DNA of 33,103 nt from a bacterium (GTDB lineage Bacteria > SZUA-182 > DTGQ01 > JAFGSM01): contig JBLIRO010000057.1 in NCBI GenBank assembly GCA_049472335.1, forward strand, positions 1 through 33,103. Direction: 5' to 3'. The notes under the pieces were generated by a model, which saw only the letters and a list, made by a program, of their open reading frames with translations, had not been told where the DNA came from and made no database searches. Position numbers and translations under genes: made by a program. Below are positions 9,705 through 18,708 of the stretch, in pieces. Positions within the stretch are counted from its first letter, which is position 1. Every line of letters begins with the position of its first letter.

Positions 9705-10727
9705 TTAAATAATTCCTTTAAATACCCCTGGAATAACCTTACCGCAAGAAGGACATACAGAATCGGTCACTTTATTTTCCAAAACGGAAAATCCGCGCCT
9801 TCGAATAAGGAGCTCCTGACACTGAGGGCATAAGGTATTCTCTGACTCCCCCAAAACATTACCAATATAAATATATCGGAGGCCTGCCTTCTTACCCAGA
9901 GAAAAGGCCCTTCTTAATGTAGCAATCGGTGTCGGACCTTTATCGGTTAATTTATAATCAGGGTGAAAACGGCTAACATGCCAGGGGATATCCGGGTCCA
10001 CTTCAGCGATAAAGCCGGCAATACTGCTTAATTCCTCCTCGCCGTCATTCTCATCAGGTATGACGAGGGTCGTTATTTCCACCCAAATATCCAGTTGTTT
10101 CATAAGTCTGATTGAATCCAGGACCGGTTTCAGGTGTGCCTTGCACATCTTTTTGTAATACTCCTCATTAAAGGATTTAAGGTCGACATTACATGCATCC
10201 AGGTAAGGGCTTATTGTCTCCAGTGCCTCCGAAGTCATAAAGCCATTTGTGACGAATATGTTTGCAAGCCCCTCTTTTTTTGCCAGCTTAGCAGTATCAT
10301 AGGCATATTCAAAAAAAATTGTGGGCTCGGTGTACGTAAATGAAATACTCTGACATCCCTTCTCTTTTGCATTAGAGACAATGTCTTCAGGAGGCAGATC
10401 ATAACCTGACAAATTCATTCCATCCCTCTTTGAAACCTGAGAAATCTGCCAATTTTGACAAAAATCACATTGAAAATTACATCCCGCAGTGGCAATAGAA
10501 AAAGATACTGTGCCCGGCAAAAAATGATAAAGGGGTTTTTTCTCTATTGGGTCCACATTGGCTGCAATGACCTCTCTATACACATGTGTATATAATCGTC
10601 CGTCAATGTTTTGTCTCACCCCGCAAAACCCGAATTTAGACGGAGCTATTTTGCATTTGTGATTACAGAGAAAACACTCCGTTTCTTTGTCATTAAGAGT
10701 TTTATAACACATTGCTTCCTTAAGCAT
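9705..10727 (-). CDS. amrS: AmmeMemoRadiSam system radical SAM enzyme
   Basis: N-terminal CxxCxxxC...GFCGVR, DPIEKKPLYHF, GCNFQCDFCQNW, FTYTEP, SRFHP, C-terminal CPxC pairs. Start at MLKEAM preferred. Confidence 0.9.
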   Translation of the reverse strand: MLKEAMCYKTLNDKETECFLCNHKCKIAPSKFGFCGVRQNIDGRLYTHVYREVIAANVDPIEKKPLYHFLPGTVSFSIATAGCNFQCDFCQNWQISQVSKRDGMNLSGYDLPPEDIVSNAKEKGCQSISFTYTEPTIFFEYAYDTAKLAKKEGLANIFVTNGFMTSEALETISPYLDACNVDLKSFNEEYYKKMCKAHLKPVLDSIRLMKQLDIWVEITTLVIPDENDGEEELSSIAGFIAEVDPDIPWHVSRFHPDYKLTDKGPTPIATLRRAFSLGKKAGLRYIYIGNVLGESENTLCPQCQELLIRRRGFSVLENKVTDSVCPSCGKVIPGVFKGII

Positions 10728-11142
10728 TTTGAATCCCTTCTCTTGCTTCATAAATCTCAATGAGGTTTCCATCCGGGTCCTTTATAAAGCAGACAAATCT
10801 CCCTTTATTTTCGATCTTCAAAACAGGCACATCCCTTTTTATAAGCTCTTGACAAAAAAACTCTTTATCTTCCACACCCAGACTCCAATGATTATATCCT
10901 GTAATATCACTCTCCCTTTTCCTCAATTTATAATCCTGAGGAGAAATAATCTCGATAACTACCCGGTCATATTTAAGCTTTGTCAATTTGCACGGTGTTG
11001 AAATATTAAAGATATCTCGCATCAGGGTTTCAGGAATAATCTTTGTCGCCTCTTTCTGGAATCCTATTTTTTCAGTATAAAACCTTGTTAATTCCTTGGG
11101 ATTATTAGTAAATATTCCTATATGATAGATGGAATTGATCAT
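10720..11142 (-). CDS. VOC (glyoxalase-like) family protein
   Basis: YHIGI...FY...GF, NHWSLGV and FIKDPDGNLIEI motifs. Confidence 0.85.
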   Translation of the reverse strand: MINSIYHIGIFTNNPKELTRFYTEKIGFQKEATKIIPETLMRDIFNISTPCKLTKLKYDRVVIEIISPQDYKLRKRESDITGYNHWSLGVEDKEFFCQELIKRDVPVLKIENKGRFVCFIKDPDGNLIEIYEAREGIQNA

Positions 11143-11278
11143 AGAATTACACCCTTTCTCAATCTAAAATTTAGTTTTATTTTATACGGATATTTTTCAT
11201 TGCTCAAGCCTTTTTTTAACAATGGAACTATTTCTCTTTGTTTTTTAATCTGTTATTTTTTGCTTAATCCCCCTATGA

Positions 11279-11307
11279 TTGACGATTAGTGAATTATCTG
11301 TTATATT
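11279..11307 (+). promoter_or_regulatory. Candidate sigma70 promoter upstream of superoxide reductase
   Basis: TTGACG, 17 nt, TATATT, with an extended -10 TG at 11299-11300. Confidence 0.5.
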
Positions 11308-11537
11308 TATTAATATACATTCCTAAGGGCTGATTTCTTATTTCTGATTGCAGATGATAATCCCTTTCAACCATACGGTCCCGATCACATTATATGCAAG
11401 ATACTTTATTAAATATAAGTTTTTAAAAACCAGCAAAAATCTTTTTTGAATGACAGTGAACAAGATCTGTCATTTATGAAACTTTTGATACCATTTTAAA
11501 TCCTTACCAATAATAACATAGAAAAGGGGTTATAAAA

Positions 11538-11933
11538 ATGTCAACTATTAATGAACTATTCCAAATCTCGGATTGGAAACAAGAAAAGCATGTCCCAGTA
11601 ATAAATTCTCCTGCAAAATCGAAAAAAGGGGAATCTATACCTGTGGAGGTAACAGTTGGCAAAGAGATTCCTCATCCTAACACAACAGAGCATCATATTC
11701 GATGGATCGAAGTCTATTTTCTCCCAAAGGGAGAAAAATTCCCATATCAAATCTGCAAATCAGAGTTCACCGCTCACGGGGAATCATCTCAGGGACCAAA
11801 CACAAGCACAGTGTTTACGAATCCTGAAGTAATGATTCAGTTCAAGACGGATAAATCGGGAACAATAATGGCATCTTCCTATTGTAACATCCATGGATTA
11901 TGGCAAAATTCTAAAGAGATATCCGTGGAATAG
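11538..11933 (+). CDS. Superoxide reductase (neelaredoxin, class II SOR)
   Basis: EKHVP, HPNTTEHHIRWI and SYCNIHGLW iron ligands; no desulforedoxin domain. Confidence 0.92.
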   Translation: MSTINELFQISDWKQEKHVPVINSPAKSKKGESIPVEVTVGKEIPHPNTTEHHIRWIEVYFLPKGEKFPYQICKSEFTAHGESSQGPNTSTVFTNPEVMIQFKTDKSGTIMASSYCNIHGLWQNSKEISVE

Positions 11934-12751
11934 ATTACATTTTCAAATTCATAAAAATAATACAAAGGATGAATTTTTAGTTTTAGAAAAATAAACAAAA
12001 AGGCTAACCTTTTATAATCTTTTATATTTTACTGAAAAATTAACAATGTATTTGTTAGGAAAAATGGTTAGTGGAATCACTCCTGCTTTCATTTATAATA
12101 TTTTTGTGTTAAAATAGATAATAAAGTTGTTAGAATTTATGTAGGACGGATTATGTGGGAGAGGGGGGAAGTATAAGTTTTTATTAAGTGGATCTACAAA
12201 ATTTTCTTATTGAAATAAGATATTAAGGGAACATTTTATCGCGTCCAGCAGATTCAGTGGCTATAGGAAGTCCACTAAACAATGAACCAGCGATGATAGG
12301 AGTTGCGGCGATGATAAGCCTGTTTTTCGCATATGTGATTACCCTATCTATATCTATTCGAAAACCGCAGTGGATTTTTATCTTTCCTGCTCTCTATTCT
12401 TTTCTAAATTTCCTGTTATATGGATATGTCTTTTTTCTATCATTTCTTAAAGTAAATACACCTGTTCCAATTTCTTCAAAATTAATACATTCTTATTATG
12501 ACTATAACTATACTTTATATTATTATACTCAATTTTACTTCTCACACGGCTTTGTAAGAAGCGAATCTATCATTATAAGGAGGTGAATCGAAAACAGGAT
12601 TTAGATTATATCTGTGTCAGAAGCAAACTTCACATTCTTTTCAGTTGTATCAAGATCATTCATAGGATTTTTTCTTTAGGAGGTGATAATAACGATAAAA
12701 AAATAATTCAGTAATCTCTTGAATCATTTTACATCTTGAAGGAGAATGGTT

Positions 12752-13144
12752 ATGGATAATTACAGGTTTTTGAAAGTATGGTTGATCGTTACTGTGCTTA
12801 TAATCAGTGTCACTTTTCTGTCCGGATCGATATGCCAGGCCCAAATCTTTCCAACATCATACTATTATACAAATCCTTTGTATTATTCAGGTTATGGCTA
12901 TTTTAATTCGATCAACGGATATCTGTTGGGATATGCCCCTTTTACACCTTTCCTGACCCCAAGTGTGGCCTATGCATATAATTCCTATGGTATTCCCACT
13001 TGGCCATATTTCGGGTCCCCTTATCAGACAACTTTTCCTTATACCACGTTACCAGGCACCCCAATACCCTATGCACGGTTTGATTATCCGACCTATGCCT
13101 ATGGTTCACCAGATTTCTATTTGAGTTGGGTACTATTGCAGTAA
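12752..13144 (+). CDS. Secreted Tyr/Pro/Gly-rich low-complexity protein
   Basis: GGAG RBS 7 nt before the ATG at 12752. Signal peptide ending CQA|Q. Mature part is Y/P/G/T-rich with few charges. Confidence 0.75.
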   Translation: MDNYRFLKVWLIVTVLIISVTFLSGSICQAQIFPTSYYYTNPLYYSGYGYFNSINGYLLGYAPFTPFLTPSVAYAYNSYGIPTWPYFGSPYQTTFPYTTLPGTPIPYARFDYPTYAYGSPDFYLSWVLLQ

Positions 13145-13184
13145 CTGGGAATTGGATATTTATTAGGAAGCGAGGTGCATTTAG

Positions 13185-15548
13185 ATGAAGATTGGAATCA
13201 AAATTTTAATATTTTTTTCAATTTTGTCACTGACATTTGTAACTTTCAGCTCAACAGCTATTGCACAGGTGGGTTTTGGCGCCCCGCCTCTTTGGGATTT
13301 TCCGTCATTTCAAACACAGCCACTTCAGGTTCCAACCTGGGAAGACCCCTTTAACGGAAAAGGAGACATCCTTGTTGATAACTTTGAGTATTGGGACAGC
13401 CCATACAATCATGGGTGGATGCAGCAAGAGCCTGCCTATCCGGTCTATGGATTCGGCATAGGCTATGCCACAATATTCAATACGGTACTGGATTTGCAGG
13501 AGGGAAGCAGGGTACTTGATGTGTATCGTCCGCCCTCTATATTTTTACTCAGCACACCTTATGAAAGGCATCAGATATTCCACAGCCTTATTACACCCCC
13601 GAGCGCTGCCAATTCAGAGGCTGAGGCATGTATTCGTATTAGACCTAACGATGATGACGACACACCGAACCCGGTCGTGAGCTTCGACTTCAGAGCGCCC
13701 ATTGGCATCGAGCCCTGGGATATCTTTGAACTGGATGTAATAGGAGAAAGCGAAGATGGCGACAATACCATCTCTGTAAGGATTGTACCCTTGCAGCCGC
13801 CTGACGGGACCTACCTGGGATCAGTTACCAGCACTGCAGGTATGTATGGTATAACCGCCGCTGTTTCCGGCTTCAACAAAGCCGGACAATTACAGGTTAC
13901 TGTAGCCATTGGCCGTGGTATGCTCGATGGTTCATGGCATGCTATAATGGTGGATCTTGATGAGGCGGTAAGGGCTGCCTTGGATGGATTCGATGGTATT
14001 GATGATAATGATAAACCGGATTGGTATATGGCCAAGGCGTGTGCCGTGGCAGTCAGCGGCCAGATGTTCCGATTGGACAATCTAATGTTCAGGGCAGGTC
14101 CGGGTCACAGGACTATTTACAATCCCGATCTTTTCGAAATGGGTCCGCTGTATGCCCAGATCTTCGAGCCATACAGGTATCTTTTCATAGCTGACTATGC
14201 CGGAGGTGAATTCACAGTAGCAGAGCAGGTACACACACATGATTGTGAATGCTCACCTCTTGCCGATTTAATGCTCAATCCCGACAATTTTATTATCACT
14301 CAAGATCCGAATGATCCGAATGACCCTGTCGTAAAATACTGGACCGATTTGGGGGCAGATCCCAACAAATTCGGGGAAGAGGCAGATCCAAATCTTGAAG
14401 ATCTCTTCGGGAGAGATTTCATTGTTGATTTAAGCCTGCCCATCTTTGCTGATCCAAATCTGAGAATGACTACTTCCGGTCCAGGACCTACAGCACAAAC
14501 AATCATTGACGCAGGCACCCTGGGCTGGAATGCGACTGTGAATGGTTATGGAGCCAATGGTATTCAGGCATTCCTGCTTCAGCCACTTCCGATATACCCC
14601 TATGATGGCATGCCAACCTATATACCGGCTTATTATAATGCCATTGATGTTATCAAAACTTATGGAAAAGCTCACTTTAGCCCCGGCTTGGTTTTCCTTC
14701 TTGAGAGCGCTTTATGGAACGCGGGGGTCAAAGCCTGGCCAAATATTGCCGCCCTTGATTACACACCGCAGTATTTCGAAGATCTGATTGTGACTATCGA
14801 GGTAACCAATGGAGTACATTCCGATGTAAGGACATTCCCCATCAGTGTGGTAAACTATCCGGTGGAAAACTATCCACCCGTGGTCCAGTTGAATATCCTG
14901 GCCAATGTCTTCATGGTCGGCCAGTTAGGTGAGCACGTTATTACCTTTATCGATCCTGACTGCTTCATTTTCTCCATGTCACCTGCTCCAGCGACAACTC
15001 ATGTGCCTGGATTTCCAGTTTCTGGATCCTTCAGGACCGATATGGACGATCTCACTTTTCAGGCTACAATTAATGGTTTGAGCGCCTATCAATATGGCCC
15101 GTGGATCGAAACCATTATAGATCCATGCAGTGGTTTGATTAGCTGGGTGCCAAAGTTCGAAGGTGCTAATCATATAGCTGTCACCTGCTCGGATGCCCGT
15201 GGCGGCACTGCATTTGCCGATACCTGGATTATTTCGGTAAGCGGCGGGACATGGTTGAATCATCCGCCATACATAGCATTGCGTCCAACTGAGCCGATGG
15301 TTGTTAAGGCAGGAGAAGAGGTGATACTGCATTACCCGCAATTTATAGTAGTGGATGCTGATGGTGATCAACTATATGCTTCCTGCAATGTTGGTTCATG
15401 TGGGCGCGATACCAATGGCAACTTTATTTGGAAATTTCAGAGCAACTTCCCTGGCTCTTATCTGGTCGAGATTGTATTTTATGATATCAGAGGCGGCTAC
15501 GCGATTATGGAATTGTTTCTGGATGTCAAGCCCTGGTGGTCTTATTGA
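13185..15548 (+). CDS. Large secreted acidic protein with C-terminal Ig/cadherin-like repeats
   Basis: GAGGTG RBS and signal peptide ending AIA|Q. DPN repeats. NYPP/NHPP...D[PA]D and IDPCSGLISWVP motifs typical of Ig-like/cadherin-like repeats. Confidence 0.75.
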   Translation: MKIGIKILIFFSILSLTFVTFSSTAIAQVGFGAPPLWDFPSFQTQPLQVPTWEDPFNGKGDILVDNFEYWDSPYNHGWMQQEPAYPVYGFGIGYATIFNTVLDLQEGSRVLDVYRPPSIFLLSTPYERHQIFHSLITPPSAANSEAEACIRIRPNDDDDTPNPVVSFDFRAPIGIEPWDIFELDVIGESEDGDNTISVRIVPLQPPDGTYLGSVTSTAGMYGITAAVSGFNKAGQLQVTVAIGRGMLDGSWHAIMVDLDEAVRAALDGFDGIDDNDKPDWYMAKACAVAVSGQMFRLDNLMFRAGPGHRTIYNPDLFEMGPLYAQIFEPYRYLFIADYAGGEFTVAEQVHTHDCECSPLADLMLNPDNFIITQDPNDPNDPVVKYWTDLGADPNKFGEEADPNLEDLFGRDFIVDLSLPIFADPNLRMTTSGPGPTAQTIIDAGTLGWNATVNGYGANGIQAFLLQPLPIYPYDGMPTYIPAYYNAIDVIKTYGKAHFSPGLVFLLESALWNAGVKAWPNIAALDYTPQYFEDLIVTIEVTNGVHSDVRTFPISVVNYPVENYPPVVQLNILANVFMVGQLGEHVITFIDPDCFIFSMSPAPATTHVPGFPVSGSFRTDMDDLTFQATINGLSAYQYGPWIETIIDPCSGLISWVPKFEGANHIAVTCSDARGGTAFADTWIISVSGGTWLNHPPYIALRPTEPMVVKAGEEVILHYPQFIVVDADGDQLYASCNVGSCGRDTNGNFIWKFQSNFPGSYLVEIVFYDIRGGYAIMELFLDVKPWWSY

Positions 15549-15579
15549 TAATTTCTTGTTTTATTGCTTAGGATGCGAT

Positions 15580-15617
15580 AAAAAAGAGGGCAGCGGGCTT
15601 CCGCTGCCCTCTTTTTT
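15580..15617. terminator. Rho-independent terminator (bidirectional)
   Basis: AAAAAAGAGGGCAGCGG-GCTT-CCGCTGCCCTCTTTTTT, 31 nt after the stop codon. Confidence 0.9.
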
Positions 15618-15655
15618 ATACTTACAGGTAACTTATATGAAAAACTCGAAATTCA

Positions 15656-16459
15656 ATGAACATATCAAATTTTTCAGACATATCAAAAAATTATATAAAA
15701 ACATCATTAGTTCAAAAGGCGGCTGGTGAGACCTTATTGGATCTCCTTCAAATCAAGGATTTCGAAGATGTTCTGGATCTGGGCTGCGGTCCCGGTCATT
15801 TAACTTTTAAGATTGCTAAATTGACAAAGGGTAAAGTAGTCGGTATCGACCCTTCTAGTGGAATGATCCAAAAGGCAAATGAAGATTATCAACGCCAGAA
15901 TATCTTATTCAAGATTGGCTCTGCGGAAAACCTCCATTATGAAAGTGAATTTGATGCAATCTTTTGCAATTCAGCCTTCCAATGGTTCCAAGACCCGGAA
16001 AGGGCATTAAGAAATTGTTTTGTTAGCCTGAAAAAAAATGGACGTATTGGTATTCAAGCCCCAGGCGGGAAAATTTACTCTCCAAATTTCCAAGAGGCCA
16101 TTCATAAGGTAAAAAATTATCCTGACACGGCAAATATGTTCTCATATTTTAGGCCTCCGTGGGTTTTCCTTGAAAATGCTGATGAGTATAGTACCTTATT
16201 TAAAAATGCCGGTTTTGATGTAGTATTTTCAAAGATTAAAAGGATTGAAACACAATATTCTCCCGCTGAAGTATTTAAAATTTTTAAATCCGGTGCATCT
16301 GCGGGCTATCTGAATCAAGATTATTACAGTATTCCCATAAATCCGGAATACCAGAAAAAATTTCTTGAAATTGTTGAAAAATCCTTCATTGAACAATCAG
16401 AAAATAATATAGTAAATCTGATATTCAACAGAATATTTTTATTGGCAGGGAAATATTGA
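15656..16459 (+). CDS. Class I SAM-dependent methyltransferase (Tam/BioC-like)
   Basis: VLDLGCGPG motif I, GIDPS..MI, FDAIFCNSAFQW. Confidence 0.85.
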   Translation: MNISNFSDISKNYIKTSLVQKAAGETLLDLLQIKDFEDVLDLGCGPGHLTFKIAKLTKGKVVGIDPSSGMIQKANEDYQRQNILFKIGSAENLHYESEFDAIFCNSAFQWFQDPERALRNCFVSLKKNGRIGIQAPGGKIYSPNFQEAIHKVKNYPDTANMFSYFRPPWVFLENADEYSTLFKNAGFDVVFSKIKRIETQYSPAEVFKIFKSGASAGYLNQDYYSIPINPEYQKKFLEIVEKSFIEQSENNIVNLIFNRIFLLAGKY

Positions 16460-16680
16460 GCAAATGTAGTAAATCGTATATGCTCTATGCACGGTGACCA
16501 GATGCTAAAATGTTATATATTCTATCACTATTGATTTGCCTCAGCTTTTTAACTCACCAATCTTATTGAAATAAAAACCCGTTTTTATGTATAATTAATA
16601 TAGGTTAAGAATTTTCTATAAAATAATTATATAAATAGAATTACTTTGATTAATCTAAGCTTGTAGGGAGGCTAAAGATC

Positions 16681-17106
16681 ATGTCATTTAAAGCTGTTCT
16701 CAAGAACTCTATCATTATTTTCTTTTTTATTTTTCTTGGAATTTTTTTATCTGTGAATATTTGTAATGCGCAATATCTTCCATTCAATTATGGTACTCCT
16801 TATGGCACAGGATCAGGATCACAGAACATTCCGGTTATTACGCCTTTCATGCGCATCAATGTAGATTCTATAAATTTCTATAGCCCCTATGGATACGGAA
16901 CGAACAGCTCTTCACCGTATTCAATGGGTGGTCTATACGGACCTTACGGTGGCGGGCTATATGGAGGTTTTTATGGCTTCTATGGTAGACAGTATGGAGG
17001 TTTCTACGGGCTCTACGGAGGTCTATATGGTATGGGTAATCTTATGGGGCCAGGCCTTTTTGGAGCTTATGGCTTTGGAGGACTAGGGATTCCCTGGTTT
17101 TTCTAA
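16681..17106 (+). CDS. Secreted Gly/Tyr-rich low-complexity protein
   Basis: GGGAGG RBS, signal peptide ending CNA|Q, 14 YG dipeptides. Confidence 0.78.
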   Translation: MSFKAVLKNSIIIFFFIFLGIFLSVNICNAQYLPFNYGTPYGTGSGSQNIPVITPFMRINVDSINFYSPYGYGTNSSSPYSMGGLYGPYGGGLYGGFYGFYGRQYGGFYGLYGGLYGMGNLMGPGLFGAYGFGGLGIPWFF

Positions 17107-17147
17107 AGAAATTTAAAATATTTGAGATAATACCCGTACTGCCTTCC

Positions 17148-18011
17148 TTAGTAACTTAAAACGGCAAACAGGCCAAATCGTCCTGTAATCCCATTTTCGT
17201 TGCGATAAGAATAAAATTCGTCAATCCTGCATGCATTACATATATTAGATAATTCAATATGGCCTGGCTTAATACCTTCATCACAAAGCTGTATATGTAA
17301 TGCGTTTACCAGATTTATGGATCTGGAACCCTTTTCTGTTTTTGAGAGGATACTGTCAATACCAGAGGGAAATGAGCACTCCATTGCATCTATCAAGTCA
17401 TCTCCGACTTCATAACATTTGCTGCAGATTACAGGTCCTATACCCACCCTGATATATTCCCTTCTGCAGTTGAATGTCTTCACCATTTCAGAAATAGTAT
17501 TTCTTAAAATACCTGAGACAATCCCTTTCCATCCTGAATGGCAAACCGCCAAAACCCTTTTAACCGGTTCATAAAGAATGTTCAAGCTGCAATCTGCTGC
17601 CATTCCTGAAAGTATAATATCCTTCGAATCAGTAACTATTGCATCCGTGTTCTCGATGCCATCCTCCCATTCTCGAGCACCTCTACCCTTGTAATGGCCG
17701 TCAATCACCCTTACATTTGCAGTATGACTTTGCTGCATCGCTATCATTGAATCAACGTCATAACCTAAGGTTTGGCAAACGAGTTTCCTGTTTCTGACAA
17801 CATCATCCTTTTTATCTCCGACATGAAGCCCAATATTCAATGTATCATATGGTTTTTGACTATAACCCCTTATTCTGGTTGTAATGAGATGCCTTAATCC
17901 AGGAGAATACTTTTGAAATGATGAAAATTGATAGTAAACTATACGATTTCTTATTTTTTGCATGTTTACGGCATTTCTGTCTGAGTTATATATATTATTA
18001 ATCATATCCAT
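17148..18011 (-). CDS. pgeF: PgeF/YfiH family purine nucleoside phosphorylase (peptidoglycan editing factor)
   Basis: LNIGLHVGD, QSHT, ADC, HSGWKG, IGPVIC..CYEVG, FYSYR. Start may be internal (e.g. 17963). Confidence 0.9.
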   Translation of the reverse strand: MDMINNIYNSDRNAVNMQKIRNRIVYYQFSSFQKYSPGLRHLITTRIRGYSQKPYDTLNIGLHVGDKKDDVVRNRKLVCQTLGYDVDSMIAMQQSHTANVRVIDGHYKGRGAREWEDGIENTDAIVTDSKDIILSGMAADCSLNILYEPVKRVLAVCHSGWKGIVSGILRNTISEMVKTFNCRREYIRVGIGPVICSKCYEVGDDLIDAMECSFPSGIDSILSKTEKGSRSINLVNALHIQLCDEGIKPGHIELSNICNACRIDEFYSYRNENGITGRFGLFAVLSY

Positions 18012-18708
18012 TTTATATAACTTCTGTAATATGAATACAGATACAAAAATAAAATGTCAAGAATCAGGATGAAACAATCATGGATCTTTGATTCATAAAG
18101 GGGAATTAAAATGCCGGATAAGGATTTTAAAACCCAAAACAGGTCTGTCTATATTTAAAACTAATTGCTGCTGAGATGTAAAGAGATGTGCTGAAAAAAT
18201 TTTTCCACCGTAACTTTTAATTTCTATTCTACGTCAAAAAATTATACTAATACCTCTACCAGCCAATTTTTCTTCCTGAACTAACGCTACTGACAGTTAC
18301 AACTGAATAATTCCACTGAATAATACTTGACACAAACAAAAAAATCATTTAATTTATCATCAAATATAGTTATTTATTTAATATTTTTTAGGTATTTTTT
18401 TTGTTATTTCTAGGTAATTTTGAAAATCACAATATATTCTTTTTGGAAAATGTCTTTCACACAAAAATAAAAGGCATTTCGAAGAAAGATAAAAACTCCT
18501 TAGACGGATTTATTATAACCACCGGAAATAGTCCGGTATTAAATGCCATGCAGGCAGATAGGAGGTGATTGTTTTATATTGTTATCTTCAATAGATTTAT
18601 TAAATTTTAAAGGAGGTGATTATTTTTTGATGTGATTCTATTCATAGATAGTCTTCAATGGATTCATTATGGGTTAGATTGTTACAAATATCTAACGGGG
18701 GAAAAAAA

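Noticed and set aside
12257..12586. 109-aa hydrophobic ORF
   Set aside because: GTG start without an RBS, composition explained by AT-rich intergenic DNA and no recognisable motif. It cannot be fully excluded.
15656..16459. Methyltransferase as a tailoring enzyme for the flanking Tyr-rich proteins
   Set aside because: It is separated from the upstream operon by a strong terminator, the downstream gene has its own promoter-like sequence, and it looks like a generic small-molecule methyltransferase.
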